DNA from: Pseudomonadota bacterium
GTDB lineage: Bacteria > UBA10199 > 2-02-FULL-44-16 > JBDRGF01
Assembly (NCBI GenBank): GCA_043818055.1
Contig: JBDRGF010000091.1
Location: forward strand, 1-10,206
Length of the DNA stretch: 10,206 bases
Reading direction: 5' to 3'
A program made the translations under genes and the position numbers. The notes under the pieces were generated by a model. That model made no database searches and was not told where the DNA came from. It saw nothing but the letters and a program-made list of their open reading frames with translations. This document shows, piece after piece, positions 1-6,528 of this stretch. Position 1 is the stretch's first letter. Each line of letters starts with the position of its first letter.

Positions 1-470
1 CTCACCAATTTATCCCATTTCTGTATCGGCTTTGAGCGGCTCAAGTACCAGATCTCTTTGTAGTCTGATTTTGGAATTTTTAGTCCCAGCTTTGGGTTAT
101 AGAGAATAGTGGTGTCGAATATCTGCGAAAAATCGCGTAGGACTAGCATGACTGGCCCCTCGAAGGGATAGGACTTCATCTTTTCAGCCTTCTTGTGAAG
201 GACACGTTCCAACACATCGACATGATCCTGAGCAGTTATGATGCCGTGAATATGGCTTGGGTCTCTGCCCAAAAACATCATCGCCTCTTTCTTGTCATGG
301 AAAATATGGGAGATTTCAACGCCGATGACTTTACCCGTGATATGATCCTTCACTTCAAAATCAGGCCGCTCCCTTTTTTTGTAAAGGCGATATTTGGCAT
401 CGAACTTCCTGTTATAAAGTCTCAAAAAAAATGCCAGTGCTTTTCTCTCGAGTCTCTCTTTTTCGTCCAT
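1..470 (-). CDS. Hypothetical protein with a PD-(D/E)xK (restriction-endonuclease-like) nuclease signature; 3' end beyond the left edge
   Basis: Manual translation from ATG (cat at 468-470) gives MDEKERLERKALAFFLRLYNRKFDAKYRLYKKRERPDFEVKDHITGKVIGVEISHIF...KEIWYLSRSKPIQKWDKLV, with no stop in 156 codons. An N-terminal helix Glu followed by ERPDF...IGVEIS matches the E...PD...ExK-like layout (Lys replaced by Ser). It is probably missing from the ORF track because it has no stop in the window. Confidence 0.7.
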   Translation of the reverse strand, partial: MDEKERLERKALAFFLRLYNRKFDAKYRLYKKRERPDFEVKDHITGKVIGVEISHIFHDKKEAMMFLGRDPSHIHGIITAQDHVDVLERVLHKKAEKMKSYPFEGPVMLVLRDFSQIFDTTILYNPKLGLKIPKSDYKEIWYLSRSKPIQKWDKLV

Positions 471-526
471 GTGCTTTCAGATATCATGGAATAATTGGCG
501 AATGCAAAGGTGAATGTAAATAAAGG

Positions 527-697
527 AAAAGGCGCATGTAGCATGTGGTAGAGAAGTAAAAAACGCATGTGGTGAAAGCCTCACCCCCATCCGCCCTACG
601 CCACGTCATTCGACATGGCAAGGGCACCTTCCCCCTTCCAGGGGAAGGGCTTGGTGGTTTTGATCTTTCTACATACCACATACTACATGCTGATTTT
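527..697. repeat. Palindromic intergenic element, copy A (MITE/REP-like, imperfect terminal inverted repeats)
   Basis: Core 579-656 is the reverse complement of 7529-7584 (55/56 identical) plus a 22-nt insertion at 600-621. Ends 527-550 and 674-697 are inverted repeats (20/24) built from (C/T)ATGT(A/G)G heptamers. Confidence 0.9.
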
Positions 698-753
698 CCC
701 CTTGTAGAATTTTCAAACCCTGTTATATGTTTTTCATAACCAGGGAGGTATCT

Positions 754-1452
754 ATGCAAACAAATACTATTGCTACACAGGGAAATATTGCAGTTGTCCA
801 ACAGGTATTTGTCACGAAAGTTTATATGTGGATGTGTGCCGCTCTTTTGACTACGGCGGGTGTCTCGTATTATGTCGTTTCAAACCCGCAGGTTTTACAG
901 GCGATCATCTATAACCAGGTACTCTTTTTCGGTTTGATTATAGCTGAGTTCGCAATTGTCATAGCGATATCCGCTGCCATAAACCGTCTCTCGGCGACTA
1001 CGGCAACGGCGCTCTTCTTTTTATATTCAGCGCTCACAGGAGCTACACTCTCCATTATATTCGTCGCTTATACGAGGGAGTCGCTCGTCAACACGTTTCT
1101 CATCACAGCCGGCACATTCGGAGCGATGAGCTTTTACGGGTATGTAACAAAGAAAGATTTGACGAGTATCGGTAACCTTTGCTTCATGGGGCTCATCGGT
1201 GTGATTGTCGCATCGATCGTGAATATCTTTTTCAAAAGTACTTTCATTCAAATGATCACCACTTATGTCGGTGTGCTCGTATTTGTCGGTCTAACCGCAT
1301 ATGATACGCAGAAGATCAAACAGATGGGACCTGCTTTCAAGGAGGGCTCCGAAGAGCAGCAGAAGGGGGCTATCTTAGGCGCTTTGAGATTGTATCTCGA
1401 CTTCATCAACCTCTTTTTGATGCTGCTGAGATTGTTTGGGCGCCGGAGATAA
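754..1452 (+). CDS. Bax inhibitor-1/YccA (YbhL-like) family membrane protein
   Basis: About 7 hydrophobic segments with the family motifs FVTKVYMWM, YGYVTKKDLTSIG, LTAYDTQKIK and GALRLYLDFINLFLMLLRLFG. RBS GGAGG at 744-748 supports the ATG at 754 rather than 727. Confidence 0.93.
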   Translation: MQTNTIATQGNIAVVQQVFVTKVYMWMCAALLTTAGVSYYVVSNPQVLQAIIYNQVLFFGLIIAEFAIVIAISAAINRLSATTATALFFLYSALTGATLSIIFVAYTRESLVNTFLITAGTFGAMSFYGYVTKKDLTSIGNLCFMGLIGVIVASIVNIFFKSTFIQMITTYVGVLVFVGLTAYDTQKIKQMGPAFKEGSEEQQKGAILGALRLYLDFINLFLMLLRLFGRRR

Positions 1453-1494
1453 GGAAGTACACGGGCTCAAAATTCAACAGGCGGGAGGCGTCAT

Positions 1495-3045
1495 ATGAAG
1501 ATCGGCCCAAAGAGACCAATTAACCTTGAGAATCTATTTCATGGTCACCCCATCCAATCCGCAAAACCATCTTCTGGAGATGGAATAACAAGTTATCGTG
1601 AACTTGCGGGCGGCCGACTTGGTATTAGTTCGTCGCCATCCGGTGAGTTAAAAGCTTTGAAAAAAGTTGAGGGAGCTGATTCCCTGGATGATACACTTGA
1701 TTTAGTCCGGTCAGCCGATAATCATGATTTAAGACTCCTTACATCTTTAGTTTCCAGCATGTGGGGTGATATATTGTGTCACATAACATGTGTTTCAACT
1801 CTTATAATGGGTGGAAGTCAGCTGGGTGAGGACAAAATATTGCAGTATTGCCAAGAATCTTTAGATGCCAGGTTGACGGAGTTTTTTCAGGTCATAAGTG
1901 GTTATCTAGATGAAATCTATAAAGTTCCAAAAAATGATATTGTCGCTAGACCGTCAAATAATCTATTGCTTGAGTTTGTGGAGGAGGTACGGGATAAAGG
2001 CAAAAGTAATTTCATTTCTTCTCCTACGACTTCATATCATTTCGATTTTCAAACGATTGATGATATTTGCATTAAATGTTTCGGTTTTATCAAAAAGGTA
2101 GCCGAGACTTTGATAGAGTTTCAGGGTTGCGATCCTTTTACTGTAAGATCTCTTGCGGGTGTTTATGCCGAAGTTGTAGGAGGGTATATCGACTGGTTGA
2201 GATTCTATACACAAAAAATAATAATTAAGTACGATGAAGAAATCAGAAAAGAGTTGGAAAGCTTGAGGCATGATTATACGAACTGGTTTCAGGGGCTGGT
2301 TGGAGGAATCGATATTGTTGCTATCTCTTCAGCTTCACTTGATGAAAATATTGATTTTTTAAAGGATCAGTTGAACGCATCCAGAGATATTTCACTGGAT
2401 AGACCTCTGGCAAAGATTGTTCAGGCGCATACGGTAGCTTTTAGGTTAAATCCTGTTGATTTTCCCGAATATGGTGCCAATACTTCTATGTCAGTAAAGT
2501 ACCTTTTGGGAAGAGTTGTCACCAATGTTTTAACTAATTCTGCAACATATGCATACCCCAATTTTACTGGAGGTCCTTTTGAGATTTCAATGCTGTATGG
2601 ATTGATCTGTTTTTCAGACTGCGGTCAGGGGATGGATGAAGAGGTAAAATCAGTGCTCGGTAAAGAATTGGTTACGTCAGGGAGTGTCAGTACTGGCTCT
2701 GGAATGCACGACTTATCAACACGCGCGCTTCCCGAATTAGGTGCTAAGATGGCTTTTTTTTCAAGGAGGAATGTTGGAACTTCATTTATCTTAAGTCTTC
2801 CAACTGGTATTCTGAAACCTGTTGACGAAACTTATGTGAAATTCCCCACCATCTTAAGCTTCATTCTTTCATCGGTTGCGGGTTTTGAGTGGGCGAATCT
2901 TGAGGCTTTTCAGAAATTCAATGTCTGGAAACGATTTTCTTCGTTGTTTAAAAGTTTTACAGCTAAAGAATATCACCTAATCTCAGGAGAGGAAATCTTT
3001 CTTAAAGCAATTCATTCAACACCTTGGATAGCTTCTTCTTTTTAG
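1495..3045 (+). CDS. Soluble, divergent histidine kinase-like protein (C-terminal GHKL/HATPase domain)
   Basis: 516-aa ORF with GGAGG just upstream. H-box-like LRHDYTN, N-box VVTNVLTNSATYA, G1 FSDCGQGM, G2 STGSGM and terminal GTSFILSLP. No clear TM helix. Confidence 0.65.
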   Translation: MKIGPKRPINLENLFHGHPIQSAKPSSGDGITSYRELAGGRLGISSSPSGELKALKKVEGADSLDDTLDLVRSADNHDLRLLTSLVSSMWGDILCHITCVSTLIMGGSQLGEDKILQYCQESLDARLTEFFQVISGYLDEIYKVPKNDIVARPSNNLLLEFVEEVRDKGKSNFISSPTTSYHFDFQTIDDICIKCFGFIKKVAETLIEFQGCDPFTVRSLAGVYAEVVGGYIDWLRFYTQKIIIKYDEEIRKELESLRHDYTNWFQGLVGGIDIVAISSASLDENIDFLKDQLNASRDISLDRPLAKIVQAHTVAFRLNPVDFPEYGANTSMSVKYLLGRVVTNVLTNSATYAYPNFTGGPFEISMLYGLICFSDCGQGMDEEVKSVLGKELVTSGSVSTGSGMHDLSTRALPELGAKMAFFSRRNVGTSFILSLPTGILKPVDETYVKFPTILSFILSSVAGFEWANLEAFQKFNVWKRFSSLFKSFTAKEYHLISGEEIFLKAIHSTPWIASSF

Positions 3046-3469
3046 AAGCCATGATGGCTCCAACAAATATCAACAACATCCCGATTATTCTGGTGGAATT
3101 GTTCTCGATGGCTTGCCCGCCAAAAAGACCGAAGTGATCGATGATCGCGGAGGTGAGAAGCTGCGATGAAGTCAGACAGATCGATGTCACCATCGCTCCA
3201 ATTCTTACAACAGCGAGGTTTGCAAGGTATACTGTAAATACGCCAAAGCATCCTCCCATAAAATAATGGATGGGAATGCCGGCAATTTTAAAATTTCCGT
3301 TTCCAAGTCCGAAAGTCAGAAGCGCAAGAGCGAAAAGAGTTCCGACTAGATGGTTTACGAATGAGCTCTTCATTCCGCCTATTCTCGTACCGAGGCTAGC
3401 GTTCAAAAGCCTCTGCATCACGAGGATGCCTCCGGCTGAAATTGCAAGCGTTGCGGGAAAAAGAAACAC
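3002..3469 (-). CDS. DMT superfamily transporter, YdcZ/DUF606 type
   Basis: 155 aa with about 5 TM segments. Motifs QRLLNASLG, SFVNHLVG, GGCFG, QLLTSAIIDHFGLFG and RIIGMLL. GTG start preceded by GGAGG, which overlaps the last codons of the upstream DMT gene. Confidence 0.88.
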   Translation of the reverse strand: MFLFPATLAISAGGILVMQRLLNASLGTRIGGMKSSFVNHLVGTLFALALLTFGLGNGNFKIAGIPIHYFMGGCFGVFTVYLANLAVVRIGAMVTSICLTSSQLLTSAIIDHFGLFGGQAIENNSTRIIGMLLIFVGAIMASKKKKLSKVLNELL

Positions 3470-3472
3470 CTA

Positions 3473-3916
3473 TTACCTCCAGAATACCAATGCTAAGCCG
3501 ATCAGTGATGCGACGAGTCCAAAGATTCGTCCCCTGTTGACCTTAAATTTCGGAAGAGAAAATATCCCGAATTGATCGGCGATGGTTGAAAATATTATAT
3601 CGGCTGTGATGACAAGGCTCAACGTCACCAGCATTCCAAGCTTTGGTATCACAATATTGCTGATGACGACGAGCATGACCCCAAAGACTCCTCCCAGCAG
3701 GAGATACTTAGGCCCGTCAAACGTTTTCTTGAGTATATTCAGATTGATATTTTTTACGACGAAGATGAATGAGAGCAACGTGCCGACAAAATGCGCGACG
3801 AAGGAAGATTCCAAAACACCGATCTCTTTTCCCAAAGAGGCATTGAGCTGCATCAGTATCGCAATAAACGCCCCGGAAACAAGACTTCCTATAATGGCAT
3901 AAAGTTTGTTATTCAT
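3473..3916 (-). CDS. DMT superfamily transporter, YdcZ/DUF606 type (paralogue)
   Basis: Motifs MQLNASLG, SFVAHFVG, YLLLGGVFG, STIADQFGIF and RIFG. Start probably the ATG at 3916 (MNNKL) or 3931. The extension to 3985 in the ORF track runs through a repeat. Confidence 0.88.
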   Translation of the reverse strand: MNNKLYAIIGSLVSGAFIAILMQLNASLGKEIGVLESSFVAHFVGTLLSFIFVVKNINLNILKKTFDGPKYLLLGGVFGVMLVVISNIVIPKLGMLVTLSLVITADIIFSTIADQFGIFSLPKFKVNRGRIFGLVASLIGLALVFWR

Positions 3917-3953
3917 AACGGCGTGTCTCATACCACTATCCCCACCTAAGTCA

Positions 3954-4004
3954 ACACCGGGTGTCACCCCCACACCGGATGTCACCCCTACACCCGGTGT
4001 GGGG
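3954..4004. repeat. Three ACACCNGGTGT-type palindromes at 18-bp spacing
   Basis: ACACCGGGTGT (3954), ACACCGGATGT (3972) and ACACCCGGTGT (3990). Units 1 and 2 are 18-nt tandem repeats. There is a perfect 11-bp inverted repeat at 3968-3978/3994-4004. Confidence 0.8.
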
Positions 4005-4028
4005 AAAAGGTAAGCAAGTTTTGTGCCA

Positions 4029-4454
4029 TTATCGTTTCTTGATTAGGAAGATGATGAGGGCTATTGCGATGATCAATATGGCGATGGCAATTAGAGAGGA
4101 TAGGTTCAGGAGTGACGGTTGCCAGTCGAAGAAAACTCCCATGAGAAATCCCAAAATTGTTCCTGTGATGAAGCCGTTTAAAAGGCCTATTCCTAGTGAT
4201 TCGCCGAGGTTCATGACGATATCTTCTTTCGCATACATTCCGCTGATGAAGCTTCCTACCACACCCCCGACTACTCCACCGACCATGCCAAGGGCGGTAG
4301 CGAGCATCATCCCCTTTGCAATTCCAAATGTGATCTTCGTCTGTAATGAGAGCATCTGGTTGATGTGCATGATTACTGCTCCAAGCGCTCCGCCGACGTG
4401 GGAACCATAGACGATCCAGCTTTTTCCAAAGATCAGATCTTTAAGTTTATCCAT
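4029..4454 (-). CDS. Small glycine-rich (glycine-zipper-like) multi-pass membrane protein of unknown function
   Basis: About 4 hydrophobic segments with GxxxG runs (GMVGGVVGGVVG, GLLNGFITGTILGFLMG) and a basic C-terminus (IKKR). GGAGG at 4461-4465 (minus strand) lies 6 nt from the ATG at 4454. Confidence 0.75.
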   Translation of the reverse strand: MDKLKDLIFGKSWIVYGSHVGGALGAVIMHINQMLSLQTKITFGIAKGMMLATALGMVGGVVGGVVGSFISGMYAKEDIVMNLGESLGIGLLNGFITGTILGFLMGVFFDWQPSLLNLSSLIAIAILIIAIALIIFLIKKR

Positions 4455-4497
4455 CTTCACCCTCCGATGCAGCTATCCTATCACATGAATGGATATG

Positions 4498-4526
4498 TAG
4501 ACAAGGAATCGATACTCAATTATAAT
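4498..4526 (+). promoter_or_regulatory. Sigma70-type promoter for the Ser/Thr kinase gene
   Basis: TAGACA (4498-4503), a 17-bp spacer, then TATAAT (4521-4526). This is a 5/6 match to -35 and a perfect -10 with optimal spacing. Confidence 0.65.
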
Positions 4527-4539
4527 CACAAACCAGATT

Positions 4540-6423
4540 ATGATTAAATCGAATAAAATGACTATGGAGGATGCTGAATCCTCAAAATTATTTCCGGGAA
4601 GATATGAGATTCGCGGAATGGTCGGCAGGGGAAATTTAGGTCGGGTCTTTCTCGCCTTCGACAAGAATATAGAGAGGGAGGTCGCTGCCAAGGAGCTCTC
4701 TGGCGATCCTGAGCACAAAGCATATCAGATAGGTCTCATGCGCCTGATCAGGGAGGCGAAGATCACAGGGGCTCTCGAGCACCCGGGCATAGTTCCGATC
4801 TACGATTTCGGAACAAAGTCGGATGGCACCTTCTATTATACTATGAGGAGGATCGCGGGCATCCCACTCTATCAGGCGATCAACGAGTGCAAATCGCCGA
4901 CCCCTGAGGAGTCGTTTAAAAAGAGGATCAAACTCCTGGATAGCTTTATAGATGTCTGCGACGCCCTTGGCTACGCTCATTCGAAGGGCCTTATTCACAG
5001 AGATCTCAAGCCGGAACATATCATACTGGGAAAATTTGGTGAGACGGTGATCCTCGACTGGGGGCTCGTGAAGAAGGTCGGCGATAAGGACGAGCTTTCA
5101 CTCGATACCGACGCGGATATATCGAAATATCTCTCTCAGGATGTCACGGTTGATGGGACAGTGCTCGGCACACCTTCATTCATGTCGCCGGAGCAGGCAA
5201 ACCCAAAGCACGGAGCTATCGATCAGAGAAGCGATGTCTATAGTTTAGGCTGCATCCTCTATGTGATTTTGACCGGAGAGAAGCCTTACCAGAGAGATCG
5301 GGAACATCTCTTTGAAAGGTTGCAAAGCTCTGATCCCTCACCATCGCCCAAAAAGGTTGTGCCTTATATTCCAAGGGAGCTATGCGCGATTTGTGAAAAG
5401 GCGATGGCCAAGCAGAGTGCGTTTCGTTTTGAAAACGCCTCCGAGCTCGCCAATGAATTGAAGGCTTATCGCGATGGGAGACTCATATCAATTTATTCAT
5501 ATACGAGAAAGGAACTCATGATGAGATTCATAGAGCGGAACAAGACCTTGGTCGGTGCGATCGGCATAGTTATCATAGCAATCGTTGTCGGCCTGGGGCT
5601 CGCGCTTCATTTTGGATATGAAGCCAGAGATGCCAAAGAGGTCGCCGAGAATGCACTGACAGATGTCACAGCCCTTTCAGAGTCGAGTACGAAATATTCT
5701 AAACAGATCGTCTCGGATCTGAATCTCTATTTTGATGACCTTGCGAAAGCTATGACAATCTCATCGAAGGGGATATCGAAGAAGGGGCTTGATGATAAGG
5801 CTGGTATAACTCACAGTTTGAGATCACTCCATGAGAAGTATCCCAGGATCAAAACCTTTGAGGTGATAGAGCCTCCTGCAAGGGTGTTGGCTGCTTCTCC
5901 TAAGGCGCTCGACTTCATTATAGTGAAAGATCTCACGAAGATAAAAAATCCTCTTGGCTATTTCGACGAGAGGCAGGGCTTGTTCTCGCAGACATTCCGC
6001 ACGCTCGATGGTGTTCAGGCAGTTTCGTTTCAGGTGCCGGTCTTTGAAGGGGGGAAAGTGGTGGCGTCGCTCGTCGCCTTGATCGACACAGAAAATCTTA
6101 TTCCGGCTCTGTTTTCACAGGATCCTCTCTCATCTCCGTATCAGGTATGGTGCATGCAAGGGGATGGCAATCTTCTGTATGACGAGGACAAGGTTCAGAT
6201 CGGCAGAAATCTTTTCAGCGATGAGATGTACGCAAAGTTTCCCGAGCTCCTGAAGTTCGGAGAGGATATGCGAAGTCAGGAGTGGGGAGTCGGGAACTAC
6301 GCATTTCTGAACAGGGAGAAGAGTGGGAAGACCTACAAGGTTGCTGCATGGGATACCTTCGGCTCTGATTACGGGGTCAACTGGAAGGTTGTGGTGTCGT
6401 ATCCGTATATAGCAAAAAAATGA
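4540..6423 (+). CDS. Hanks-type Ser/Thr protein kinase with one TM helix and an extracytoplasmic Cache-like (dCache) domain
   Basis: Kinase motifs GRGNLG, VAAK, REAKITGALEHPGIVPIYD, HRDLKPEH, DWGL, GTPSFMSPEQ and SDVYSLG. TM LVGAIGIVIIAIVVGLGLAL. Cache-like motifs VSFQVPV..GGKVVASL, DGNLLYD...IGRNL and WKVVVSYP. Start may be 4540, 4558 or 4564. Confidence 0.9.
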   Translation: MIKSNKMTMEDAESSKLFPGRYEIRGMVGRGNLGRVFLAFDKNIEREVAAKELSGDPEHKAYQIGLMRLIREAKITGALEHPGIVPIYDFGTKSDGTFYYTMRRIAGIPLYQAINECKSPTPEESFKKRIKLLDSFIDVCDALGYAHSKGLIHRDLKPEHIILGKFGETVILDWGLVKKVGDKDELSLDTDADISKYLSQDVTVDGTVLGTPSFMSPEQANPKHGAIDQRSDVYSLGCILYVILTGEKPYQRDREHLFERLQSSDPSPSPKKVVPYIPRELCAICEKAMAKQSAFRFENASELANELKAYRDGRLISIYSYTRKELMMRFIERNKTLVGAIGIVIIAIVVGLGLALHFGYEARDAKEVAENALTDVTALSESSTKYSKQIVSDLNLYFDDLAKAMTISSKGISKKGLDDKAGITHSLRSLHEKYPRIKTFEVIEPPARVLAASPKALDFIIVKDLTKIKNPLGYFDERQGLFSQTFRTLDGVQAVSFQVPVFEGGKVVASLVALIDTENLIPALFSQDPLSSPYQVWCMQGDGNLLYDEDKVQIGRNLFSDEMYAKFPELLKFGEDMRSQEWGVGNYAFLNREKSGKTYKVAAWDTFGSDYGVNWKVVVSYPYIAKK

Positions 6424-6425
6424 AT

Positions 6426-6490
6426 GTAGGGGGCGACCCCTGTGTCGACCCTTTGAATTAAAACGGGCAGACACGGGGGTCTGCCCCTAC
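6426..6490. repeat. Inverted doublet of GTAG-tagged REP sequences (REPIN-like) between convergent genes; possible terminator role
   Basis: GTAGGGGGCGACCCCTGTGTCGACCC (6426-6451) and, on the minus strand, GTAGGGGCAGACCCCCGTGTCTGCCC (6490-6465). They are 21/26 identical and each has an internal hairpin. Confidence 0.85.
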
Positions 6491-6528
6491 AAAAAAATCA
6501 ATGTGTTATTTTTGGGCAGTTGCTATTT

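Noticed and set aside
195..494. 99-aa plus-strand ORF
   Set aside because: It is an antisense shadow of the longer minus-strand nuclease-like frame, with no recognisable motif.
579..656. tRNA or known riboswitch interpretation of the multi-hairpin core
   Set aside because: It has no cloverleaf, T-loop or CCA. The element occurs in opposite orientations next to unrelated genes, which fits a dispersed repeat better.
701..730. Candidate -10 boxes (TAGAAT at 705-710) upstream of the BI-1 gene
   Set aside because: There is no convincing -35 at the proper spacing, so it is too weak to report as a feature.
484..801. 105-aa minus-strand ORF resembling the N-terminus of ORF 7513..9183 (PSPSPGxGKVP)
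   Set aside because: The similarity comes from translating the DNA repeat, and the ORF overlaps the BI-1 start on the opposite strand.
3954..4004. Possible mini-CRISPR array
   Set aside because: The units are contiguous 18-mers without unique spacers, and no cas genes are present.
3270..4410. Plus-strand ORFs 3270-3575, 3582-3902 and 3961-4410
   Set aside because: They are antisense shadows of the hydrophobic DMT and glycine-zipper genes.
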